Source: Minisyncoccota bacterium (GTDB taxonomy: Bacteria > Patescibacteriota > Minisyncoccia > Minisyncoccales > Minisyncoccaceae). Taken from it: DNA of 64,000 nucleotides. The notes under the pieces are model-generated. The model saw only the letters and a list, made by a program, of their open reading frames with translations, was not told the DNA's origin and searched no databases. The stretch is from contig JBAZIG010000001.1 in assembly GCA_041651955.1 (NCBI GenBank), forward strand, positions 9,594 to 73,593, in the 5' to 3' direction. The position numbers and the translations under genes were made by a program. Positions within the stretch are counted from its first letter, which is position 1; every line of letters begins with the position of its first letter. Of this stretch, positions 46,443 to 55,006 are shown one piece after another.

Positions 46443-47320
46443 TAGGAAAAGGAATAGAATCATTAATACCTAAAAAGGATTTATCAATTAACGAAGAAAG
46501 AGTAAGAAAGGACTTTATTTTTTGGATTGAAACAGAAAAAATAAAACCAAACCCATATCAACCCAGAAAAGAATTTGATGAAGAGGCGCTTCAATCATTG
46601 GCTGATTCCATTAAAAAATATGGCATGATCCAACCAATCATCGTCAATAAGATTGAAAAAAAGAATGAAAAGGGAATTTCTTGTGAATATCAAATTGTTG
46701 CTGGTGAGAGAAGATGGAGAGCATCAAAGATTTTAGGACTAAAACAAATTCCAGCTATTATCAAAGAACAAACAAATAAAGAAAGATTAGAGGTTGCTTT
46801 GATTGAAAATGTTCAGAGAAAGAATTTAAACCCGATAGATAAGGCCGAAGCATTCGAACAATTAAAAAAAGAATTTGGACTACTAGACAGAGAAATTGCT
46901 AAATTATCAGGATTAAGCAGAGAATTAATTACAAATAGTTTAAGAATTTTATCTCTACCAGAAGAAGTTAAGGGAGCCCTTAAAAGTGGAACAATTTCTG
47001 AGGGTCATGCTAAAGCATTATTAGGTGGAAAGGACTCTAAATTAATAAAAGAGCTTTTAGAAGAAATTATCATTAATGGTTATTCTGTAAGAGAAACAGA
47101 AAGAAGAGTCAAAGAAAGAAATGCGGGAGCAATGGCCAAAAAACCAGAAACTAAAAAAATAATAGAAAGTGGAATAGACGAATTTTTAGAGAAGAAAGTA
47201 AAACAGGTACTAAATATAGAAGACATTAAAATAGAAAAAAAGAAAAGTTCTATTCGTTTGAGTTTTGATTTTAAATCTTTAGATGAAATTAATCAGTGGC
47301 TAAAGAAGTTAAGAAAATAA
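46439..47320 (+). CDS. parB: ParB/Spo0J partition protein
   Basis: ParB box QPRKEFDEEALQSLADSIKKYGMIQPIIV and GERRWRA, with an HTH region. Confidence 0.9.
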   Translation: MIGKGIESLIPKKDLSINEERVRKDFIFWIETEKIKPNPYQPRKEFDEEALQSLADSIKKYGMIQPIIVNKIEKKNEKGISCEYQIVAGERRWRASKILGLKQIPAIIKEQTNKERLEVALIENVQRKNLNPIDKAEAFEQLKKEFGLLDREIAKLSGLSRELITNSLRILSLPEEVKGALKSGTISEGHAKALLGGKDSKLIKELLEEIIINGYSVRETERRVKERNAGAMAKKPETKKIIESGIDEFLEKKVKQVLNIEDIKIEKKKSSIRLSFDFKSLDEINQWLKKLRK

Positions 47321-49282
47321 TTATTTACAATTTTTGTTTGAGCACTTTTCTTTTTTGCCTTTTTCTACCATCAAAGAATTACATTTAGGGCAATAATTAC
47401 CCGTTGGTTTATCCCAAAGAGCAAAATCGCAATCTGGCCAATTGGGGCAACCGTAAAATATTTTACCCCTTTTTGATTTTTTTTGAATTAATTCTCCTTG
47501 ATCACACTGGGGACACTTTACTCCAGTTTTTTTTGCCTCACTGTTTATCGTTTTTGTTGTTTTACAATCTGGAAAACCAGAACATGCTAAAAATTTACCA
47601 AATCTTCCAACCTTAATCATCATTTGTTTGCCACACTTAGGACAAACTTCGTCGGTCATTAACGGTTCTGGGGTTTTTCTTTCAACATCATTATATTTTT
47701 TTTCTAGATTTTCATTGAAGGGAATGTAGAATTTTTTTAATAATTCTTTCCATTCTTTTTTTCCCAAAGCAACATCGTCTAAATTATTTTCTAATTTGGC
47801 AGTAAATTTAATATCAACAATATCGGGAAAGTGTGTTGAAATCATTTCATTTACATTTAATCCTATTTCTGTTGGTTCAAATCTTCTATCTTTATTTTTT
47901 TCAACGTAATTTCTTAATTGTATAGTAGAAATAATTGGAGCGTATGTTGATGGTCTGCCAATTTCATTTTCTTCAAGTGCTTTAATTAATCCTGCTTCAT
48001 TATATCTGCCTGGTGGTTGAGTAAAGTGCTGTTGGGGGTCAATCTTAACGAGCTCTAATTGTTCGTTATTGTTTAATTGGGGCAACTCTTTTTCTTCAAA
48101 TTTCATTGGATAAACTTTTAGAAAGCCATCAAATTGTAGGGTTGATCCATTTGCTTGGGCTATTTTTCCCTTATCTGATTCAATTTCAACTTTAATTGAA
48201 TTGAAGAGAGCTTCTTTCATTTGAGAAGCAATAAATCTATTGTAAATTAAATTATATATTTTTGAATCATTTCTTTTATCAACAGAAGTCGGTCTAATTG
48301 CTTCATGAGCTTCTTGGGCTCTTTTTTTTGTTTTAAATATTCTGTGGTTATAATAATTTTCTCCGAACTCTTTAATAATGTATTTTTCTGCCATTTTCAT
48401 TGCCTCTTCTGAAAGGTTTAAAGAGTCGGTTCTGTGATAAGTAATTAAACCTTTTTCATATAATTCTTGAGCCAGCATCATTGTTTTTTTTGAAGAGTAG
48501 CCAAATTTTTTAGCAGCTTCTTGCTGTAAAGTAGAGGTAATTAAAGGTGGTAGAGGTGATTTTTTTGTTTGCTTTTTTTCAATTGACTTTATTTTGTATA
48601 GAGAATTTTTTAATTCTTTAACAATATCATTTGCTTCTTGTTCATTTTTAATGCTCATTTTGGGAACCTTAAGCATGGCTTCAAATTCTTTTTCTTTTTT
48701 GAAAAAGAGAACAATACTCCAATATTCTTCTGCCTTAAAATCTTTAATTTCATTTTCTCTATCCACAATTAATTTAAGAGCAACTGATTGAACTCTGCCG
48801 GCAGATAATCCTCGCATTATTTTTTTCCATAAAAATGGAGAAAGTTTGTAACCAACAATTCTGTCTAGTGCTCGTCTTGCTTGTTGTGCTCCCACTAAAT
48901 TAATATCAATTTCTCCTGGATTGTTTAGAGCTTCTTCTATTGCCGTTTTTGTTATTTCGTGAAAAGTTATTCTTTTATATTCTTTTATTTTAAGTGCTTC
49001 AATTAAATGCCAAGCAATTGCTTCTCCTTCGCGATCAGGATCGGTTGCTATGATTATATTATCACTTTTTTCAGCTTCTTTTTTTAATAAATTAAAATTT
49101 TTCTTTGCTTTGGTGGGAATAACATAACTAATTTCAAAGTCATTATCTAAATCAATGCCAATTTTACTTTTGGGTAAATCTCTAATGTGTCCATAAGAAG
49201 ACAAGACAGTTTTGTCTTTGTCTAAAAATTTCTTGATAGTATTAGCTTTCGTTGGACTTTCAACGATTATCAAAGTTTTCAT
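47321..49282 (-). CDS. topA: DNA topoisomerase I with C-terminal zinc ribbons
   Basis: TOPRIM (LIIVESPTKA, DPDREGE), catalytic region (ITYHRTDS), and three C4 zinc-ribbon repeats at the C-terminus. Confidence 0.95.
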   Translation of the reverse strand: MKTLIIVESPTKANTIKKFLDKDKTVLSSYGHIRDLPKSKIGIDLDNDFEISYVIPTKAKKNFNLLKKEAEKSDNIIIATDPDREGEAIAWHLIEALKIKEYKRITFHEITKTAIEEALNNPGEIDINLVGAQQARRALDRIVGYKLSPFLWKKIMRGLSAGRVQSVALKLIVDRENEIKDFKAEEYWSIVLFFKKEKEFEAMLKVPKMSIKNEQEANDIVKELKNSLYKIKSIEKKQTKKSPLPPLITSTLQQEAAKKFGYSSKKTMMLAQELYEKGLITYHRTDSLNLSEEAMKMAEKYIIKEFGENYYNHRIFKTKKRAQEAHEAIRPTSVDKRNDSKIYNLIYNRFIASQMKEALFNSIKVEIESDKGKIAQANGSTLQFDGFLKVYPMKFEEKELPQLNNNEQLELVKIDPQQHFTQPPGRYNEAGLIKALEENEIGRPSTYAPIISTIQLRNYVEKNKDRRFEPTEIGLNVNEMISTHFPDIVDIKFTAKLENNLDDVALGKKEWKELLKKFYIPFNENLEKKYNDVERKTPEPLMTDEVCPKCGKQMMIKVGRFGKFLACSGFPDCKTTKTINSEAKKTGVKCPQCDQGELIQKKSKRGKIFYGCPNWPDCDFALWDKPTGNYCPKCNSLMVEKGKKEKCSNKNCK

Positions 49283-49289
49283 GTTTTAA

Positions 49290-49318
49290 TTATTAACACT
49301 TTTGAATAGTAAAGGCAA
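49290..49318 (-). promoter_or_regulatory. candidate promoter of topA (leaderless geometry)
   Basis: On the minus strand: TTGCCT (49318-49313), 17 nt, TGtTAATAA (-10 at 49295-49290), 7 nt, ATG 49282. Confidence 0.4.
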
Positions 49319-49321
49319 ATA

Positions 49322-49816
49322 TTATAGAAGAGAGCAGGCCTTATTAATTGCTTCTAGAACAAGGGGACTTTCTTCTTTGGTGAATTTCTTTAAAACAATT
49401 TCTTCAAGAGGTAACTCAAAAGAATTTTTTATTCCCATTCTTAATCTTTTAAAGTTTTTTGTTCCCAATGATTCAATTATTGATTTTATGCCATTGTGTC
49501 CAGCAGATCCTCTGTTTTCATCTTCTTTTATTTTTCCCAATTCAATATCAGCATCATCGTGAACCACAATAATATCTTTAGTGTCTATTTTATAATAATC
49601 AGTAATTGCCTTAACTGCTTTGCCAGAATTATTCATATAGGTTTGGGGTTTAGACAAAATAATATCATCTTTAATTGACAAAAGAGAAAAGAGGTCTGAT
49701 TTGAATTTGGGGAAATTATTTTCTTTTGCAAAATTATCAATGACAGCAAAACCATAATTATGTCTGGTTTTTTCATATTTTTTACCATAATTTCCAAGGC
49801 CAACTATAAGTTTCAT
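49322..49816 (-). CDS. pth: peptidyl-tRNA hydrolase
   Basis: LIVGLGNYGKKYEKTRHNYGF start, and the VVHDD and GHNG blocks. Confidence 0.9.
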   Translation of the reverse strand: MKLIVGLGNYGKKYEKTRHNYGFAVIDNFAKENNFPKFKSDLFSLLSIKDDIILSKPQTYMNNSGKAVKAITDYYKIDTKDIIVVHDDADIELGKIKEDENRGSAGHNGIKSIIESLGTKNFKRLRMGIKNSFELPLEEIVLKKFTKEESPLVLEAINKACSLL

Positions 49817-49822
49817 ATAGTT

Positions 49823-49851
49823 ATTATACCAATTTTACAACACTTGTCTAA
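49823..49851 (-). promoter_or_regulatory. candidate promoter of pth (leaderless geometry)
   Basis: On the minus strand: TTAGAC (49851-49846), 17 nt, extended -10 TGgTATAAT (49831-49823), 6 nt, ATG 49816. Confidence 0.5.
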
Positions 49852-49872
49852 TTATCCCTTTTCTTGTATAAT
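49844..49872 (+). promoter_or_regulatory. candidate promoter of lepB-hisS-rpsU-yqeY (leaderless geometry)
   Basis: TTGTCT (49844-49849), 17 nt, TATAAT (49867-49872), 6 nt, ATG 49879. Confidence 0.5.
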
Positions 49873-49878
49873 CAATTT

Positions 49879-50442
49879 ATGGATTTACAACAAGTTTTAG
49901 ATTTCTTATTAGATTCTTTAAAGATATTAATTATTGCCTTGATTATAATTATTCCTATAAGGACTTTTTTGTTTCAGCCGTTTGTAGTTAAAGGATCATC
50001 AATGGAGCCCAATTATCATTCGGGAGATTATTTAATCATTGATGAATTATCTTATAAATTAAGAGAGCCCCAAAGAGGAGAGGTTATCGTTTTTAAATAT
50101 CCTCTTAATCCAGTAAATAAGTACATTAAGAGAATAATTGCTTTACCGGGAGAAAAAATTGAAATAATTGATGGTAGCATTTACATTACAAAGAATGCAG
50201 ATAAGTTTACCGTTGAAGAAGAAATTTATCTTTCATCAGAAAATTTAGATCAGTGGAAAATTAATAACAATATGGGAGAATTAATTTTGAAAGAAAATGA
50301 GTATTTTGTTATGGGCGATAATAGAAATTATTCTTCTGATTCAAGAAAGTGGGGAATTGTTCCTAAAGAAAATATAACGGGAAGAACAATGTTTAGGTTC
50401 TCTCCGACAGAATTACTAATTAACACAGCGTCAGCTAATTAA
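49879..50442 (+). CDS. lepB: signal peptidase I
   Basis: GSSMEPN (catalytic Ser), KRIIALPGE (Lys box) and GDNRNYSSDSR. The start is moved from TTG 49864 to ATG 49879. Confidence 0.85.
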   Translation: MDLQQVLDFLLDSLKILIIALIIIIPIRTFLFQPFVVKGSSMEPNYHSGDYLIIDELSYKLREPQRGEVIVFKYPLNPVNKYIKRIIALPGEKIEIIDGSIYITKNADKFTVEEEIYLSSENLDQWKINNNMGELILKENEYFVMGDNRNYSSDSRKWGIVPKENITGRTMFRFSPTELLINTASAN

Positions 50443-50447
50443 ATTAT

Positions 50448-51719
50448 ATGGCAAAACCAAAATTTCAAAGGCCAACAGGAACTCATGATATCTTGCCTCA
50501 AAATCAAGGATATTATGATAAAATTTATAACACAATTAAAAGCGTTGTTGGTTTTTATGATTTTGAAAAGATAGATACACCGATATTAGAAGATTTTAAT
50601 CTTTTTATAAGAAGCATTGGAGAAAGCACAGATATTGTTGAAAAAGAAATGTTTACCCTAAAAACAAAAGGCAAGGACTATTTAGCATTAAGACCAGAAG
50701 GAACAGTTCCAATAATGAGAGCATACATTGAGAATGGTTTTGTGTCTCTTAGTCAGCCAGTAAGATTGTGGTATTTTGGGCCATTTTTTAGATATGAAAA
50801 ACCACAAGCTGGTAGATTCAGACAATTTCATCAATTTGGAATGGAAATAATTGGAGAAAGCGACCCCATTGTTGATGTGCAATCAATATTAATAATGTAC
50901 AAGATTCTTCAAGAATTAGGAATAAAACAATTAGTAGTAAAAATTAATTCAATTGGTGACGATAAATGTAGGCCTCAATACAGAAAAGATCTAGTGAAGT
51001 ATTTAAGGAGTAAAAAAAATAGTTTGTGTGGAGATTGTCAAAAGAGAATGAAAAATAACCCCTTAAGAGTGCTTGATTGTAAAAATGAAAAGTGCCAGAA
51101 TATTCTAATAGAAGCGCCTCAAAGTGTTGATTATCTTTGTGAGGAATGTAAAAAACACCTTAAAGACACATTAGAATATCTAGATGAATTAAAAATTCCA
51201 TATTCCTTGGAAAGTAAACTTGTCCGCGGACTTGATTATTATACAAAAAATGTTTTTGAAATAGAATCAACCTTAACAGGAACTGTCTTGGCAGGAGGAG
51301 GAAGATATGATAATCTAGCAAAAGCACTAGGAGGAGGAGAAATTAGTGCTTGCGGTGTGGCTGGCGGAATAGAAAGAATTATTAATGAAATGAAAGAAAT
51401 TAAGAGCAAGCCGATGCTTAAAGATGTTCCTGATATATTTTTTACACAAATTGGTCCCCTAGCAAAAAAGAAAAGTTTGCCGATATTAGAAGAATTAAGA
51501 AAGGCAGGACTAAAGGTTGGAGAAAGTTTTGGCAAAAGCGGTCTTAAGGAACAATTAGGCAAGGCCAGCAGATTGGGAGTTAAAGTAGTAATTATTCTTG
51601 GACAAAAAGAAGCCATCAATGGAATGATATTAATAAGAAACATGAAAACAAGTAAACAGGTCGAAGTAAAAGAAGAGGAAATAGTAAAAGAATTAAAAAA
51701 AACACTAAAAGAAAATTAA
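50448..51719 (+). CDS. hisS: histidine--tRNA ligase
   Basis: GTHDILP start, class II motifs (LRPEGT, FRYEKPQAGRFRQFHQ, GGGRYD) and an anticodon-binding domain. Confidence 0.95.
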   Translation: MAKPKFQRPTGTHDILPQNQGYYDKIYNTIKSVVGFYDFEKIDTPILEDFNLFIRSIGESTDIVEKEMFTLKTKGKDYLALRPEGTVPIMRAYIENGFVSLSQPVRLWYFGPFFRYEKPQAGRFRQFHQFGMEIIGESDPIVDVQSILIMYKILQELGIKQLVVKINSIGDDKCRPQYRKDLVKYLRSKKNSLCGDCQKRMKNNPLRVLDCKNEKCQNILIEAPQSVDYLCEECKKHLKDTLEYLDELKIPYSLESKLVRGLDYYTKNVFEIESTLTGTVLAGGGRYDNLAKALGGGEISACGVAGGIERIINEMKEIKSKPMLKDVPDIFFTQIGPLAKKKSLPILEELRKAGLKVGESFGKSGLKEQLGKASRLGVKVVIILGQKEAINGMILIRNMKTSKQVEVKEEEIVKELKKTLKEN

Positions 51720-51723
51720 TTTT

Positions 51724-51933
51724 ATGAAAATTCAGAAACAAACAAGAGAAAATTCACAATCTTTAGTTTATCGCTTTACAAAAGCAGTTCAAAAAAGCGG
51801 TGTTTTAATTGAGGCAAGAAAAAGGAAATTTACTGAAAAACCAAAAAGTAAAAACCTAAAGAAAAAGGGCGCCCTAATTAGAATTGGAAAGAAAAAAGAA
51901 TTTGAAAAATCAAAAAAACTTGGGAAAATATGA
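51724..51933 (+). CDS. rpsU: 30S ribosomal protein S21
   Basis: 69-aa basic protein. RFTKAVQKSGVLIEARKRKFTEKP matches the S21 core (RFKR..EKAGVL.E.R.R.FYEKP). Confidence 0.8.
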   Translation: MKIQKQTRENSQSLVYRFTKAVQKSGVLIEARKRKFTEKPKSKNLKKKGALIRIGKKKEFEKSKKLGKI

Positions 51934-52370
51934 TAATTGAAAAAATTAAAGAAGATTTAATTTCGTCTCTTAAGGAGAAAAAAGAACCCAATATCTCTGT
52001 TTTAAGAATGGTGATTTCAGCTGTTTTGAATAAAGAAATTGAAAAGAGGGGAACTCCTAATGAAGGAAAGCTAACAGATCAAGAAGTTGAAGCAGTTATT
52101 TTTTCTGAAATTAAAAAAAGAAGAGACAGCATAGAAAGTTTTGAAAAAGGTGGTAGGAATGATTTAGTAGTAAAAGAAAAAGCAGAAATTGATGTTTTAA
52201 TGAATTATATGCCGAAAGAAATGACTGAGGAAGAAATAAGAAAAATAGTTAAAGAAGCAATAGAAAAAAATAAGGACATCGGCAGTGTTATGAAAGAGGT
52301 TGTTCCTAAAACAAAGGGAAGGGCCGATGGTTCATTAGTAGCAAGAATCGTTAAAGAAGAGCTTAAGTAG
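51930..52370 (+). CDS. yqeY: GatB/YqeY domain protein
   Basis: LKEKKE..LRMVISAV and KTKGRADGSLVARIVKEEL blocks, typical of YqeY. Confidence 0.85.
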   Translation: MIIEKIKEDLISSLKEKKEPNISVLRMVISAVLNKEIEKRGTPNEGKLTDQEVEAVIFSEIKKRRDSIESFEKGGRNDLVVKEKAEIDVLMNYMPKEMTEEEIRKIVKEAIEKNKDIGSVMKEVVPKTKGRADGSLVARIVKEELK

Positions 52371-52380
52371 CTCTTTTCTT
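52357..52380 (+). terminator. intrinsic terminator after yqeY
   Basis: Stem AGAGCT (52358-52363) / AGCTCT (52369-52374), with a 5-nt loop that overlaps the TAG stop, followed by TTTCTT. Confidence 0.55.
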
Positions 52381-52407
52381 GCAATATATCTTTTAATTTA
52401 GTAAAAT
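52379..52407 (+). promoter_or_regulatory. candidate promoter of ybeY-ftsA-ftsZ
   Basis: TTGCAA (52379-52384), 17 nt, TAAAAT (52402-52407). This -10 abuts the annotated ATG (52408) with no gap, so either the start site or the start codon is unclear. Confidence 0.3.
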
Positions 52408-52785
52408 ATGATAAAAATAGTTAATCTTTCTTCTGAAAAAATAAATGAATCTTTAATAAGAAAAGCAGTCAGGATTGTTCTTAAAGAAGAAAAGGTAGAA
52501 TTTCCTTTGTCTATTGCAATTGTTGATAGTGAAGAAATTAAAAAACTAAATTATTGTTATCGAAAAAAAAATAAAGCCACAGACGTTCTTTCTTTCGGAG
52601 AAGATATAAACGAAATTGTAATTTGTCCCGAAGAGATTAAAAAAAATGGAGAAAATTTCAGCAAAGAATTAAAAGAAGTTATTATTCACGGAGTTCTTCA
52701 TTTGCTGGGATACGACCATGAAACAACTGAAAAAGAGGCAAAAAGAATGTTTAATAAACAAGATAAGTATCTAAAAATTAATTAA
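52408..52785 (+). CDS. ybeY: rRNA maturation endoribonuclease YbeY
   Basis: TDVLSF and HGVLHLLGYDHE zinc motif. Confidence 0.9.
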   Translation: MIKIVNLSSEKINESLIRKAVRIVLKEEKVEFPLSIAIVDSEEIKKLNYCYRKKNKATDVLSFGEDINEIVICPEEIKKNGENFSKELKEVIIHGVLHLLGYDHETTEKEAKRMFNKQDKYLKIN

Positions 52786-52786
52786 A

Positions 52787-54007
52787 ATGGCAAAAGCAAA
52801 AGCAACAATAGGCATAGACATCGGCACTTATTCAATAAAAATTTTGGGTATAAACAAAGATACCAAAGAGGCCCTATTTCTAGAAGTTAAAGATTCTTAT
52901 GGAGTTCAAAAAGGTAGAATAAAAGAGCCTGTTGAAACAGCAAAAATAATTAATGAAATGCTTGAAAACATTGAAAGAAAGTATAGTAGCCCTATTGAAA
53001 ATATATTTGTTAACATTAATGGTTCAAAATTAGAACTAATTCCAAGCTCTGCTTCAATATCAGTTGGTAGGGCTGATCAAAAAGTTTCGGAAGAAGATAT
53101 TGTGAGGGTTAAAGAAGAAGTTAAAATGATTAATCTTCAATCTAATAATAAGAAGATATTAGATATTTTTACTAAAGAATGGACTCTTGATAACGAAAAA
53201 GAATCAAGAGATCCACTAGGAATGCAGGGCTTTAAATTAAAATTAGATGCAATGCTTTTATCTGCTTTTAATTCAGACATTGAAGCAGTAATAGAAGCAC
53301 TAGATGATAATGATATTTCTGAAGAAAATATAGTTCCTGGTCCTGTGGCTGATGTCAATGCGATATTAACTCCAAGTCAAAAAGAATTAGGAGTTGCCTT
53401 AATAAATATTGGCGCGGGAACTTCTAGTATAACCATTTATGAAGATGGTAAAATTTTGAATATGGCCGTCTTTCCAATTGGTTCAATGAATATAACTAAC
53501 GATATTGCTATAGGATTTAAAACAGAAATTGAAATAGCAGAAGAAATAAAGAAAAAACATGGTAGTTGTTTTAAGAAAAATGGGCAATCTAAAAAGATAA
53601 ATTTTCCAATTGGCAACGATGATGAAGAAGATGAAAAAAAGAAAAAAGAATACCTATCTTTCTCCGAAAAAGAGTTGATTAAAATTATTGAAGCAAGGGT
53701 TTGTGAGATATTTGAGCTTGCTCAAGGAGAAATTAAGAAAGTTTCAAAACAAGGAATGCTTCCAGCAGGAATAATAATTACTGGTGGCGGATCTAATCTA
53801 TCGGGAATTGTTGAGTTGGCTAAAAAAGAATTTAAATTACCAGCAAAAATTGGTTATTGTAAAGAAATCAAGGGGATAGAAAAAGACCCAACATTATCAA
53901 CTGTTTGCGGTGTTTTGTTGAGTAGAAACGAAAGAGACATTTCTTTTGCTCCCGAAAATAAATTTTTAAAAAAAATAAAGAAGATATTCAGTAATTTTAC
54001 TCCCTAA
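52787..54007 (+). CDS. ftsA: cell division protein FtsA
   Basis: Actin-fold phosphate motifs (GIDIGTYSIK, NIGAGTSS, ITGGGSNL) and a C-terminal amphipathic tail (FLKKIKKIFSNF). Confidence 0.9.
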   Translation: MAKAKATIGIDIGTYSIKILGINKDTKEALFLEVKDSYGVQKGRIKEPVETAKIINEMLENIERKYSSPIENIFVNINGSKLELIPSSASISVGRADQKVSEEDIVRVKEEVKMINLQSNNKKILDIFTKEWTLDNEKESRDPLGMQGFKLKLDAMLLSAFNSDIEAVIEALDDNDISEENIVPGPVADVNAILTPSQKELGVALINIGAGTSSITIYEDGKILNMAVFPIGSMNITNDIAIGFKTEIEIAEEIKKKHGSCFKKNGQSKKINFPIGNDDEEDEKKKKEYLSFSEKELIKIIEARVCEIFELAQGEIKKVSKQGMLPAGIIITGGGSNLSGIVELAKKEFKLPAKIGYCKEIKGIEKDPTLSTVCGVLLSRNERDISFAPENKFLKKIKKIFSNFTP

Positions 54008-54008
54008 T

Positions 54009-54947
54009 ATGCAAATGACAAAAATAAAGGTAATTGGAATAGGGGGAGCTGGTTCAAACACTATTGATAGATTGACAAGGTCTAAAATCAAAGACGTTGA
54101 TTTGATTAGTATAAATACAGATATTCAAGATCTTAAAAAAAAAGATGCTCATCAAAAATTGAGAGTTGGAGAAAAAACAACAAATGGACTTGGCTCAGGA
54201 ATGAAACCAGAAATAGGAAAACTTTCAGCTAAAGAAAATTATAAACAAATTGAAGATGTACTTAAGGGAAGTGATATTATTTTTCTAACTGCTGGCCTTG
54301 GAGGGGGAACTGGCTCTGGAGCAACTCCCGTTGTTTCTGAGATAACAAAAAAGTTGGGAATTTTAACTGTTGGAATATTTACATTGCCTTTTTCTTTTGA
54401 GGGTAAAAAAAGAAAAAAAATAGCCCTAAATAGTTTAGAAGAAATAAGAAAAAAAGTAGACACTTTAGTTATTATTCCAAATGATAAATTAATTAATTTA
54501 AATTCTTCAAAAATATCAGTAGAAAGTGCTTTTTTAAAGTGTGATGATTTTTTAAGAGAGGCGGTTGAAAGTATTAGTAGTGTTATTTTAGGAACAGGGA
54601 TATTTAATTTAGATTTTTCTGACGTAAAAGAAGTTTTAAAGGGCGGCAGCTCAGCTTTTTTTGGAATGGGTAGGGCTCAAGGCAAAGACAGGGCGACAAA
54701 GGCCGTAGAAAAAGCTCTTTCTTCTTCAATAACAAAAATTTCATTAGAAAAAACAAACGGAATACTCTTTAATGTGGCTTCAGGGACTCAAAATGCATCG
54801 CTTTCTGAAATAAAAAAAATTGCAGACACTCTTAAGAAAAAGATGTCTCCAAATGCTAAAATTATTTTTGGTGCATCTTTTGATCAAGGGCTGGAAAAGG
54901 AAGAGATTAGAGTAACTATTATCGCAACTAGTTCCGAAAAACTATAA
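54009..54947 (+). CDS. ftsZ: cell division protein FtsZ (312 aa, globular core only)
   Basis: GIGGAGSN and tubulin signature GLGGGTGSGA. The protein ends 5 aa after the last core strand (IRVTIIATSSEKL). Confidence 0.95.
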   Translation: MQMTKIKVIGIGGAGSNTIDRLTRSKIKDVDLISINTDIQDLKKKDAHQKLRVGEKTTNGLGSGMKPEIGKLSAKENYKQIEDVLKGSDIIFLTAGLGGGTGSGATPVVSEITKKLGILTVGIFTLPFSFEGKKRKKIALNSLEEIRKKVDTLVIIPNDKLINLNSSKISVESAFLKCDDFLREAVESISSVILGTGIFNLDFSDVKEVLKGGSSAFFGMGRAQGKDRATKAVEKALSSSITKISLEKTNGILFNVASGTQNASLSEIKKIADTLKKKMSPNAKIIFGASFDQGLEKEEIRVTIIATSSEKL

Positions 54948-54970
54948 AATTTTAAGGTGATTTGTCAAAA

Positions 54971-54999
54971 TTGACAGGATCTTTTTAGGAATGTAAAAT
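54971..54999 (+). promoter_or_regulatory. candidate promoter of nrdD (leaderless geometry)
   Basis: Consensus TTGACA (54971-54976), 17 nt, TAAAAT (54994-54999), 7 nt, ATG 55007. The -35 is the right arm of the inverted repeat TGTCAA-aa-TTGACA (54963-54976). Confidence 0.5.
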
Positions 55000-55006
55000 G
55001 ATTAGT

